In this document: positions 29,441 to 40,779 of the stretch, piece by piece | Numbering within the stretch: the first letter of the stretch is position 1 | How the letters are laid out: the number at the start of each line of letters is the position of its first letter | Source of the DNA: Isurus oxyrinchus | Lineage: Eukaryota | DNA: 64,000 nucleotides | Direction: 5' to 3' | NCBI GenBank assembly: GCA_026770705.1 | Contig: JANJGN010000038.1 | Span: forward strand, 2,542,001 to 2,606,000 | The notes under the pieces: generated by a model | The model's database searches: none | Seen by the model: the letters and a program-made list of their open reading frames with translations, nothing else | Told to the model about the DNA's origin: nothing | Program-made: the position numbers and the translations under genes

Positions 29441-31911
29441 GAAGTTTAGTCCACTGTCTTGTTATGATGACCCAGAAACAGGGAATAATCAATTACGTTT
29501 CTGCTCCCATGTCTGTCGGTGTCTTATAGGGCCAGTAACAAGGAATCACTCCGAGGGATTGTGCTCGCTTGGCTGCTTGTGTCATATAAACACAGCAGCT
29601 GGAGATAATGCCCAGGGCTTGTGAATCAATGTGTGTCTGTGTGACTTGGGACCAGCCCCTTGGAATCATTAACAAGACTTGTGATTAACGGGCACTTCGT
29701 ATGAGATAATCCCTGCACCTAGAAGAAATTCCCAGGTTTTGAGCAACTAAACGGTCATCCAGGTTCTGGGGACAATTCCCAGCGTTTATGTTCTCTGCTG
29801 AGTCTGCTAGGCCTACGTGTTTGATACTAATCCCAGGATCTATGCTCCGTGATGCTTCTAATATCCCCCAGTCTCTAGGAATCACATCCAGGGTTTGTGC
29901 ACCCTAGAGCGTCAGGTGCACCACAGGCTCTCGGAATCATTCCTTTGGTTTCTGCCACAATAGCGTCATGCTCTGAGAATCATTCCTAGGATTCACACCC
30001 TGGTACTTCAGAGAGGATACAGGTTCTGGGAATCAATCTCAAGTTATTAATTCATTTGAAATGAAAGTCAATATACCCAATGGAAAAGAACCTGGACTGC
30101 TTGGGCATATTGTTGCTGGGCAGATCTTTGTATAAAAACGCTCCTTTGCGAACACCTGGGTTCTTGTTGCCTTTCTATCAGCGGGCTGGAAACTGATTGT
30201 TGAAGTTTCTGCACAGCAGCCACAGATGTTTCCTGTCAATTGCAATGTGACTTATCGCTCCTCCCTGATGATAGATTTCTGGGATCCTGCCAATTTCTGT
30301 GGAGCAGACATATGGGATGAACGTGTTATTCAACAAACTGGGAATAAATTCATCAGTTAATGAATCGTTAGGCAATGTCGATCTAAATTGTGTTTCTCAT
30401 GAGATGATATTAAGGAAACTGCGTTTTGTGAATGGCATGTTCCAAACAGAATAAATGTGAGATCAACAGTTTGGGATTTTAATTAATTAACGCCAATTTG
30501 ATTGTGATAATTGCGAAGTTCCTTTACAATCCTGTAGAAGGGAATGCCAGCTGAGCTGGTATCACACAGAAACAAAGAACACATTAACTACAATGATACC
30601 AATATTTGATTCCTTAAATAAGTTTCTATTTTACCCAATAACCTGCAGTTGGCAGAGCGACAGCCCCAGTCTGAAGACTGACTGCGAACTCAAATTATTC
30701 ACTGAAATGTTAGTACAATTATAATGGCAGGCTTTATAATTTCATATGTAACCTGTTGGTACAGTTTGTGTTGGCATCTGAAAAGCTGAACTTTAATTGC
30801 ACAATAAATTCAATGATTTCTCTTCCTTGGTGAAAATTAACAACTTTAAAAAAAAATCAAACTCGTGATGCCCCAAATCTCTGAATATAATTTCTGGTTC
30901 AGTGGTTACAGCCTGATCGATATTGTTTTATCTGCATTGCTAAATATCCCCATGGTTTGTGGGATGCATATGTCGCATCAATAAGAAAGCTAGGCACGGT
31001 GATTTAATTCTCAACTAAATAGGGTTCGGCTGGACTATGCAGTCTTACCACACAAACACTCCTTGGTGTAAGTCTCAACGTCTCCCATTTAGAATCGTTC
31101 AGTGTGAAATGAAAGAGCAATATTCAGACTGGTGAACTGAGATCCTGTGGAAAATTGATTCACCAGGAATTGTTTTAAAGTGAAGCTGCACATTTTACGA
31201 TGGATTATATCTGAAATTAAGTGATATTACTCCGAAACATTTCATGTTAGTGGACAAATATCATCGCTTTCTCTGGACAAATATCAGTAACATTTGTATG
31301 TTCTGTCCCACAGGTAGAGAAAAATGGAAATAAGAAAGACTTGCAGTTACACATTGCATTTCACAACCACAGGATACCTTATAGCTCTTCAAAGGCAATG
31401 AAGATTTTCTATTTCTAAATATATAATCAACAACGTAGTGCATGGAAACGTGGCCGTGAATTCACGCACAGCAAGATCCAATACACTGCACTGCGATAAA
31501 TCACCAGATAATCTGATTTTGGGATGTTGCCTGAGTGATAAATATTGGCCTTGGACACAGGGGAGATCTCTCCTGATCTTTGAAATAATTCCATGGGAGC
31601 GTTTACATTCATCTGAGAGGAATTGGACACTTAGCACATGTGAGGTGTTTATTGGGAATGCAAAGATTCGCGCTGAATCAATTTAAAACTGAGGCTGCTT
31701 TGGAAAGAGAGTGTCTCATCCCAAAGCATTAACAGACAATCTAAAAAGATACGTTTGTGGAACACGGAATATTAATGGTTAATAATTGTTTATACAGCTG
31801 GACTCAGACAGGAAAAGAGAGGAGGAGCCAGGCTGTTAACTGGGGGAGGAGAGTGACTCCCATTCTCCAGCTTTGTCTCTCTCTCTCTCTCTCTTATTTG
31901 ACTCGAGCTGG

Positions 31912-31919
31912 TATAAATA
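31912..31919 (+). promoter_or_regulatory. TATA box of the IgH V promoter
   Basis: TATAAATA about 98 bp upstream of the leader ATG at 32010, preceded by a (CT)n tract at ~31876-31893. Confidence 0.7.
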
Positions 31920-32009
31920 GCGGGACGGTTCAGCTCCTGGTTCACAATCCGCAGGTGTCACTGCGACGGAGAGTCACGCTCCCAAGTCAGTTATACCCAG
32001 AGACTGAGG

Positions 32010-32055
32010 ATGGGATTTGCGCTGTGCCTTTGCTTCTTCTTGGCTTACTTCACCT
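32010..32055 (+). CDS. IGHV: IgH V leader exon (MGFALCLCFFLAYFT, phase 1)
   Basis: ATG, a hydrophobic signal peptide and a GTGAG donor at 32056, followed by a 125-bp intron ending in CAG at 32180. Confidence 0.92.
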
Positions 32056-32180
32056 GTGAGTATCCCTGACTGTATAAGTGATACAATAAAGTCTGCTTCT
32101 TGTCTGATATCGTGTTGCTATTTAAGTTCAATGATTTGATTGTTTTCTAATGTAATTACATTTTTTCCATTCGCAAACAG

Positions 32181-32482
32181 ATGTCCAATCCGCCATTGTG
32201 CTGACTCAGCCGGCTGCAGAGACCGCTAAGCCGGGACAATCTCGCAAACTGTCCTGTTCGGTGAGCGGGTTCAGTCTGGACAGCTACTATGTGAGCTGGG
32301 TTAAACAAGTTCCTGGGAAAGGGCTGGAGTGGCTCCTTGCTTACAGAAAACCCTCGGATACCACGTATTACGCGCCTGGAGTCGAAGGTCGAATCATCCC
32401 ATCAAGAACTTCGTCCACAACTTACATTGAGATCAAAAATCTGAGAACCGAAGACACCGCGAGGTATTACTGTGCAGGAGGC
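32181..32482 (+). CDS. IGHV: IgH V exon, germline and unrearranged
   Basis: (Y)VQS-AIVLTQPAAETAKPGQSRKLSCSVSGFSLDSYYVSWVKQVPGKGLEWLL...EDTARYYCAGG has the canonical Cys, Trp and YYC in an open frame, and an RSS follows directly. Confidence 0.97.
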
Positions 32483-32521
32483 CACAGCGAACTGAACAAG
32501 CTCAGAACTTGTACATAAACC
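32483..32521 (+). other. V 3' RSS (23-bp spacer)
   Basis: CACAGCG, 23 bp, ACATAAACC. Confidence 0.93.
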
Positions 32522-32877
32522 ACAGAAGAATAATTACAGCGAATCATAGGTCAGTATTAGCTCAAAATAGGTTAAGAGATGTGTTTGAACCTCGATTGAA
32601 AAGTTACATTTTCCAAGGAAATAAAGTGGTGAATAATAAAAACCAAAAATGACTAACTCTGTATATTAAAGAGCATAGATACCGCTTAGAATGTGCACAA
32701 CTGATGACTAGGAGCCAAATGGAAATATTAACAAATTATTAGGTGAATGGGGATAATTTTAGCCCAAAGTTCTGCTCCTGAGTAAAACTCTTGGATGAAT
32801 TGCAATCAAAATCTACAAACCTTCTGCTGACTGAAAGGTTTTATTTATACACTGACTCACAGTCAGTGTGTGAGAGC

Positions 32878-32957
32878 AGTATTTGTGCCGGCTTGTGTCA
32901 CTGTGTTACTACATTGGGTCACGGTGCTGTGTATAGCGAACTCCTCATACAAATACC
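32878..32957 (+). other. IGHD: D1 segment (32906-32919, TTACTACATTGGGT) with 12-RSS and 22-RSS
   Basis: AGTATTTGT, 12 bp, CACTGTG, then D1, then CACGGTG, 22 bp, ACAAATACC. All three frames are open (LLHW, YYIG, TTLG). Confidence 0.93.
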
Positions 32958-33272
32958 CCAGAGAGGGAGTTTGATCAAATCTGCGATCCGTATCACAGCA
33001 GGAAAATCAAATAAAATAAATATGACCAACAATAAGGGTTTGAAGGAACACTGAATTACGAAAAATGTATAAAAGTCTCCATTTTTTACTAATTTTGATT
33101 GTCTTGCTAAATAGGGGCACAGATGTTAAAGGCATATTTCGGTCCGTTTATAAACATAATGAAAAATTCTAACTGAAATATCACAGTGATGTATTCCTCG
33201 AGTATTCAGTATCAGGTTTCTCAGGCCGCTGTGGATTTGAATCTCTGTATTTCTCATTTAACAGTCCGCCGC

Positions 33273-33342
33273 ATTTTTTGTCATGGTGCGTCTCACAGTG
33301 ATACAACTGGATGGCACAGCCGTTACTGTTAATGCAAAAACC
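33273..33342 (+). other. IGHD: D2 segment (33301-33314, ATACAACTGGATGG) with 12-RSS and 12-RSS
   Basis: ATTTTTTGT, 12 bp, CACAGTG, then D2, then CACAGCC, 12 bp, GCAAAAACC. All three frames are open (IQLD, YNWM, TTGW). Confidence 0.93.
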
Positions 33343-33665
33343 TCATCGGGGCTAATTGATTGCATTTCGGTCGATGCATTTTGTTTTTTTACAATACAAC
33401 CATTTTAACCAAAGCCCAAACTGTGCCTGGAGCTTCCCAATTGACAGGTTTCAAGAGGTGCTAGTGTGTTAATTATTAAATCATTGGCTGCTGCTTTCAA
33501 TGCATGATCATCAGTTACTCTGTGAAATACAGAAAAAGTGTAATTTATAAACTTTAGAAATTCTTTAACAAATTTACTATTTTGATAAAGCAGGTCATGA
33601 TTTTACTCTGCCTCTCCGCTCGGAATTTAAACTAATATTGAATTTCTCCCCTTGTGTGCAGAACT

Positions 33666-33704
33666 GGTTATTGTGTGACCCAGACCAGCGAATGTAACAC
33701 TGTG
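33666..33704 (+). other. J 5' RSS (23-bp spacer)
   Basis: GGTTATTGT, 23 bp, CACTGTG. Confidence 0.93.
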
Positions 33705-33752
33705 ACTATGCTGGCTACTGGGGACAAGGGACCATGGTGACGGTGACTGCAG
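33705..33752 (+). CDS. IGHJ: IgH J segment (YAGYWGQGTMVTVTA)
   Basis: WGxG motif and a phase-1 GTAAG donor at 33753. Confidence 0.97.
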
Positions 33753-35632
33753 GTAAGAAACATGCCTTCATTCTGTGCTGTTGGATTTGCTTCATTGTCT
33801 CATATTTGTTTATTTTAGACATTAATGTGTTAACCGAAACTTTGCATTGGTGGATTCTGTGTTTACAATGTTTCATTTAATTCTGCCGCAAAGGGATTTA
33901 ACAATTGCTTCTCGGCAAAAAAAAAAAACAATGGGAGTTTTAAGGACTTGTTTGAGTGATTTGTCTTTTTTCTGCTGATGAGGTTTTGTGCCTGGCTTAC
34001 TTTAAATATTTGAGTTTTGTTAAAGAATTTGGTGTTTCTACTGCTGCAAGTTTTGTAATCGACTGAAAGTATTGTGTTTAAAAGTGTTGGAAATAAGATT
34101 GTAGACAGGAAACCGAGTGCTATCAAGGTCAAAATGTCTTTTTAAGCTATGGATTTTATAATAAATGTTTGTCATGTTTATTTGTGTTAACTGCGCTGAA
34201 AAATATCAATATAAGGTTGACGAACTTTCACCTTAAATAAGTGAAATGCTACGATAAGTAGGAACAACAGAGTTAACAAATTTCCTGCCAGAATCAGGCT
34301 TAAAATAATACAACTTGAAACATTGTAATGCTGTAATATTCCTCCCCATATTACTAAAGTATACCGTGAAATCAAACAATGCATTAAACATGACCCATCG
34401 AAATACAATTCTTCTGCCATTGTTTCATATTTCTGTTTATTTTAATAAATGACTTGTTCAATGAAAGATGATTTCAGTGCGATGTATTGAGGTTTATTTG
34501 AAATGTTGCATCTGATTCTGCTGAAAGGACTTAGGTAATTAAGCAGTTGTTGGATTCAGTCCCTCGGTGTTCTGATTTGGTGCTAAGTGCTAAGGAGAGT
34601 ATGTGCCTTGGGTTACTTTGAACAGTTAAAGCTCGTGGAACTGTTTGATGATTCTACAACGTGTAATATCGATCACATCAAACATGTGTTGGTTATGTGC
34701 TTAAACCATTGTGAAGGAGGGTTATAGTTACAAAGCAAACAGGCTTTTTAATCAATATTGAAAGATATATTGATGCATTTTTATTTCAGTGCCAATTGCA
34801 GATTGAACAATTAATATTTTGTTTCTGATACTCCTATTTAATACTTGAGGTAATAATGCAATGCTAAAGTACATAACCAGCGAAGTTCAACTGTGATGGG
34901 GAGTTAAATGAATATAACTCAAACGACTATAATGCGACAATATTTCCCAAGATTACAACAATAAAAAATAATATTGTTAGACATTTAGCAGATAATCTGT
35001 GCTATCCACAACAATGCTGCAAAACGCAGCACAATTAATAGCAGCCGGACAAATGCAAAGGTTCCAGCAATTTCCATTCTTTTTTTTTAATATAATACAC
35101 ACTGATCGCACTGCAGTATTTAGTTCAAACAGTGATTTTAAATTAATTGGTTCCTCCCTGGTTTATGCAGGTTGAAAGGTGCTAATTATTTATCAATATT
35201 AAATGCGTTTCAGCTGGCTAATTTAATATATCTGCCGGGTTGTTGAACCTTTGCTGTGCAGCCAAACAGTTCCTTGAATTTTAGCCCATTATCACTAAGC
35301 TAATCTTAAACGGTTTGCAGTTAATGAATTGCTCAATAATACTCAAATTCAAAGAAAGTTCAGAATGCATAAGGCTGGAGATGGACAAACATTGCTATTG
35401 AAGCAGGTTGGCTGAATTATAAATGTAACTTCTGAATTGAAGAACAGCAATGAATCTTGCAGAGCTGTGAGATATCCGGGTTGAATTAAATGGGAGCTAC
35501 CTTTAATTCTCATTAAAATCGTTCTGTTTGCTCGCAGAGTTTCAGTGTCTCGGGTGATGCAAAGGAATTGTTATCTCGCAGTTCTGCATTGATGATTGTG
35601 GATCTTCATTTCAATAAGTAGCATTATATATT

Positions 35633-35830
35633 TAAACAGAAAATGCTGAATAAAACCTCAGCATGACTGGCAGCATCTGTCCATGGAGAAGCAGAGATCT
35701 GAAGAAGAGTCCTACCGATTCGAAATGCTAAGTCTGTTTCTCTCTCCACTGATGCTGCCAGACGTGCTGAGTTTTGCCAGCATTTTCCGTTTTTATATCA
35801 GATTTCCAACATCCGCCGCATTTTATTTTC
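35633..35830. mobile_element. Short Penelope-derived element made of inverted 3' termini, in the J-C intron
   Basis: AAACAGAAAATGCTG...CTCAGCA...CTGGCAGCATC is inverted against GATGCTGCCAG...TGCTGAG...CAGCATTTTCCGTTT. It is similar to the termini of the 56-61 kb element. Confidence 0.7.
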
Positions 35831-38061
35831 ATTATATATTTGAAACTCATTTACGTGTAGATTACGGGAATGGTATATCAAAGCTTGGCTGTATTATTAT
35901 CTAGGGGAGGCTCCGATAATGGCTACAAACGGGCAGGGATACATTAATTATTAAAAATAAAACTGCTGTTGAAATGTGGGATGATATTTAAACTCCAGAG
36001 TCCTGCTTCAGTGACTTGAGGATGATGCACTCCATTTTTTATTACCGATATGAGTACCCGAATAGTGTTTGAACAATTTTAAGCTGCCTACTTATAAATC
36101 TATCATGTGAAATACACGTTTAGAACAGAAGAGCTTTTATGTCGTGCCAACATAATCACAAACATGAAAACTTTACCAGAGTGTAGGTATAGGACCACCT
36201 TCTTATAATTTTTGGTCATCTTAATTTATTAAAAGTAATATAATGTATTTGTCCGAAAGTGTATGGAATTATTTATTTAATTTAAGAAGTGTCACCTTAA
36301 TTTAAATAAGCCTATTATTAACAAGAGACAAATCAGAAGGAGAATAAAATTATTAACAAATTTGGCATAATGGTGTTAAATATCACCAATATGAAAATAG
36401 AGTCTAAGTTCAGTACGAATTCATTACAAAAAAATCTCTCAAATGTGCTGCGCTGAGTCCAGGATTAAAGTTAAAACTCATGGTGGAGAATTTTTTAAAT
36501 TATTTTCAATTAACTTGGAAAGCAACATGTTTCTTAGTCAACTGCCATCAGCTCCATTGGATGTTGCTGTACAATTTAATTAATTATCTTCGTGTTTTGC
36601 CTCAGCAGTTTCCATGATTATATATTAATCTGTAAGTATGTCAGTGAATAATAGGAGTACAGTGTAAATATCTCCCAATTTGTTAAATTCTTGCTCTGTT
36701 ACAATGTCCCTGTTAGAGACATAAATTACCATGAATGTAAATTATTTTGATGAACCTGTTCTCAGCCAAACTAACTCTAAGGCTGTTGTGAAAACTGCAC
36801 ACAGACAGGGAGAAATTAAGGCCCATCAAAGGGAATTTTTCCATTTAGAATCAGAATAATTTCACAGAAGTGACGTGGTCATAAATTTACAAACGTTTTA
36901 ATCTATTCAAACGGATTAATGGATACTGGAGAAATCTATCTTTAATAGACTGATTTTTGCATCGTTAATGTCTGTTCTGTTTCTATGTGTGTGGTCACTG
37001 TGTGGGAATCGGGAGCCTTCTGGCTGTTTGTGAACTTCCTGGTTCATTGTCCTGTAATTCAGGGAATTCATTTCGAACCATTTATTTAAGAAGTTTGTAT
37101 ATCCGAGAAAGGTGCAAATCTGTTCTAAAGTTTGAGAAGGTGCCTCAGAAATCAGATCAGTATTCCAGTTTGTGGAATTCAGAAGGAAAGCAAAATGTAG
37201 AAAGATATTTTTCTGTTCAGTGTTTGCTGTATCAGAGCCGGTGGTTTGTTGATGGTCCAGTCTAAGCACAAGTTTTAACTAACAATGCGGAATAGAGGGC
37301 GTTTTAGAATGCATCCCACCATTACTGTTCCTGAAATACAGCGCTTCACAGGACTGTGCAAAGAGACTTTTAGTATAATTCACTTGTTCTGTATCTGACA
37401 TGAGAGTGTTGGCATTGTCAATGGTCAAGGAACTTTAACCACTATCAAACATATTAATTGCTCCGAATTAGATATGTAAAAGTAAATGCTTAAATTCCTC
37501 CAATGAAGTAGCAGATCGTTAATTTAACGTACATTTCATTCTTAAAAAAAAGCTAAGTTTGTGATGAAGGCTTGATGATTAAACATTTTCAATATGAGAT
37601 AATATTTGAATCAGATTGGCCTGATCTAAAGCTCAATTTCAGGACAGTTACAGGAAGTGACGGTAACGTTACCTTCTGCGATATGATCGAATCTGAAAAT
37701 AAATTGAGCAACTTAAATGGACATTATGGTGCCTTACCCCGTGTCTCATACAAACTACGGTGGGAAGGAAAGCTGGAAAAATATGAGTTTAACTTAACTC
37801 AATGCACAACCTGATTCCAACTGCCCGAAGGACATTTGATGAACTATCAGAGAGGCAGTTTTACTCTTGTTCCAAGGGCTTTACTAGGGCTGTGGGTTTT
37901 ATGTGGAACTTCAATGTTCTTCTATCTTGTATCTAATCAGTACAGTCTGTGAACTGTAAACATTTGATTATGTGGTGGAGATGAAACACCTTTTTCTGGA
38001 CATGTATCTATTCATGCATCCATTTTTCATCCAACGATGCAAAGATCGATATATTGAATGG

Positions 38062-38470
38062 TCTATCTATCTATCTATCGATCGATCTGTCTTTCTACAT
38101 ATCTGTCTACCTGCCTATCATGTCTATCTGTCTATCTCTCTCTCTCTCTATCTTCTATCACTCTCTATCTCTATCTCTTTCTATCTCTCTCTCTCTCTAT
38201 CTATCTATCTATCCAACCATCTGTTTCTCTGCCTGTCTCTCTCNNNNNNNNNNNNNNNNNNNNNNNNNNNNNNNNNNNNNNNNNNNNNNNNNNNNNNNNN
38301 NNNNNNNNNNNNNNNNNNNNNNNNNNNNNNNNNNNNNNNNNNNNNNNNNNNNNNNNNNNNNNNNNNNNNNNNNNNNNNNNNNNNNNNNNNNNNNNNNNNN
38401 NNNNNNNNNNNNATTTATCTATCTACCGATCTCTTTAACTCTCTATCTATCTATCTATCTGTTTATCTAA
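38062..38470. repeat. (CTAT)n/(CT)n microsatellite spanning a 169-bp assembly gap (N 38244-38412)
   Basis: Read directly from the sequence. Confidence 0.95.
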
Positions 38471-39257
38471 CCAAGATAGCTGATAATAATTGATTATTTG
38501 TAAACATCATTGTGCATTGGCAAATTTGGAGAGTTAATTCAGAATTGTGATAGACCGAAAGCTAACTATCCATGCTATCAAATAGTCTCATTGAACAATT
38601 CTGGGTCATGCTTTATAAAAGTGCTAAAAAATTGCCTGTAAGTAATGAAACTAGTCGATCCACCCGTTGGAGTTACATAATCTTTAGAGCAAATGCTGCC
38701 AAGCATCATCCAAGTTTATCCTCTGAAAACGACAACGTGTTGATCATGAAACTAGAATAGATTTGTGTAATAACCCCTCTGGCTCACTGATGTCCTTCCT
38801 GGAAGATAATCGGCCATCCTGGCCCAGAGATAGCTAACTGTTTCTGTATTACAATAGTCATTTGCTGGTGATAAGAGGTTGATAGTAAAATACTTTAAGC
38901 GAGAGCTCATTGGAAATAATGTGGAAGCGTGTAAAGTGAAAGTGTTTGAGGAATGATTGATGTTTTCTTCAATAGAGGAGCAAGGGCTGGAGGAAGCCCA
39001 GGTTACAATATCCCGTATTTAACTCGCAATTATGTGGCCTCATGTAAAGTATTTCCCTTTTCCGACTTGTGCAACATCTTGTGTACAAGACTGGCCATCA
39101 TGGCAGCGTGTCCTGTCGGGCATATCAACTCCTAAATGCAGTTTATTACCAGGATATTTTGGAAATTAATTATATCAATATTAAACTTCGAACAATTTGC
39201 TTATTTCATAATCACGAATCACATTTTTAAGTTGTTCAATTGACTCTTAATTCGCAG

Positions 39258-39557
39258 TGACACCGTCTCCCCCCACCCTCTACGCTCTGCTCTCCTCCTG
39301 TGAACAAGCAAACACTGCCGGCTCCATCACCTACGGCTGTTTGGCTGCGGACTACTCCCCCGAAATCACCAGCGTTTCCTGGAAGAAAGATCAAGAGACG
39401 ATCACAGCTGGATTGAAGACTTACCCATCAGTACTGAACAAGAAGGGAACCCACACCCTGAGCAGCCAGTTAACCATCACCGAATCAGAGGTGGGAAGCA
39501 GCACAATCTACTGCGAGGTTCGAAGGAGCAACTCGGTCTGGCAGAAGGAAATGCCAG
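39258..39557 (+). CDS. IGHM: IgM constant exon Cmu1
   Basis: CAG acceptor and GT donor, both phase 1. (V)[16 protein letters not shown]...GCLAADY...SVSWKK...[10 protein letters not shown]...YCEVRR matches shark Cmu1 and includes the N-terminal Cys expected for light-chain linkage. Confidence 0.96.
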
Positions 39558-39689
39558 GTTCGTGTTGTGGGATGCACAGGGCGGCAGTGGCGGGGCTGGG
39601 TGAAGGGTGAACGTGGTCAGCAAATGAGTTATGTTCAAATTCTGCATCACATGGGTTAGAATGGATTGAGAATATTGTGTATAGTTCAG

Positions 39690-39925
39690 GTGCCCATATC
39701 ACACTTAGTGCATTGTGGATACCTGTATTCTCCACATCACACTTAGTGTGATATGTACAGCTGTGATTTCCGCATCACAGTTATTGTACTGTAGACAGTT
39801 TTTTCTTCCACATCAAAATGTAGTGTACTGTGTATAATTAGGACCTCCACATCATAATAGGTGTATTGTGTGCAGTTATTCCCTCCAAATCATATCGAAT
39901 ATACCATATGTAGTTCTGGTTTCCA
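39690..39925. repeat. Degenerate ~37-bp minisatellite (about 6 copies) in the Cmu1-Cmu2 intron
   Basis: Recurring CTCCACATCACACTTAGTG...TGTG core. Confidence 0.6.
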
Positions 39926-39929
39926 TGTA

Positions 39930-40395
39930 AGGAAAATGCTACAGGGGCGTTGCAATCGGAGCTAAACTATTTACAAGGACATTACCAGAGCTGATAGATT
40001 ACTTCTGTCATGTAACTGCGAACAGGTTGGTGGTCAATTCTCTACAAAATAAAAAATTGTGGTGTGACCAAATAAAGGTCCTCAGACTTCTGAAATAATT
40101 TGATACATTAGACAAGAATTAGAGCTCATGTTTACAACAGAATGTTAAAAAGAAACGATTGGCTATTCTGAATCTTTACACAAAGAGTGAGCAGAATGTG
40201 GGAATTCCTGTAGGTGAGATGTTACCGAAACTCTGTTCAGGGGAATCTTAATAGATACATGAGGGAGATTGTAAGGGAGGTATTTTGTTTTCTGCTGAGA
40301 GGTGAAATAGGGCGAGAGGATGTTCCTGTGGATCCTAAACTCCAGCATTGTACTATGGGGCCGGTTGGCCTGGTTCTGTCCTGTGGATTTTATGT
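39930..40395 (+). mobile_element. Decayed CR1 3' fragment
   Basis: Remnants of CR1 C-terminal and 3' UTR motifs (TTTACACAAAGAGTG...GAATGTGGGAATTC; ATGGGGCCGGTTGGCCTGGTTCTGTCCTGT). Confidence 0.5.
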
Positions 40396-40467
40396 AATTA
40401 GTTTTACAGTTTTTAATTGTTTGGTTTGAAGCAATTTTAATTCCAAATAATATATATTTTCTTGCAG

Positions 40468-40779
40468 TTATTGTGGTGCATCATCCGACTGTTCTGCTCA
40501 CCGTGAGCCCCAGTGAAGAAATCACAAGCAGCAGATTTGCAACCATCGTCTGTTCAATCATTGATTTCCGTCCAAATTCAATCAAGGTGAAATGGCTGAA
40601 AAATGGACAAGCCATGGCCTCCGGCTTCGTCACCTCTCCCGGCTTTGAAGTGAACAGGAACTTCTCGGCGACCAGTCGGTTGACAGTCCCCGCTGGGGAC
40701 TGGTTCAGTCACACGCTCTATACCTGCCAGGTCACTCATAAAAGGGTCACCCAAAGCCGAAACATCACCAAACCTGAGG
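40468..40779 (+). CDS. IGHM: IgM constant exon Cmu2
   Basis: TTGCAG acceptor and GTAAG donor. HPTVLLTV...[18 protein letters not shown]...WLKNG...[11 protein letters not shown]...YTCQVTH...RNIT. Confidence 0.96.

Noticed and set aside
36996-37002. Perfect heptamer CACTGTG in the J-C intron (possible second J)
   Set aside because: No nonamer at 12 or 23 bp, and no WGxG or splice donor follows.
37972-38493. ORFs spanning the N gap
   Set aside because: Microsatellite plus assembly-gap artefacts.
33753-39257. Mammalian-type switch region in the J-C intron
   Set aside because: No AGCT/G-rich repeat block is visible; the 169-bp gap lies in a CTAT microsatellite.
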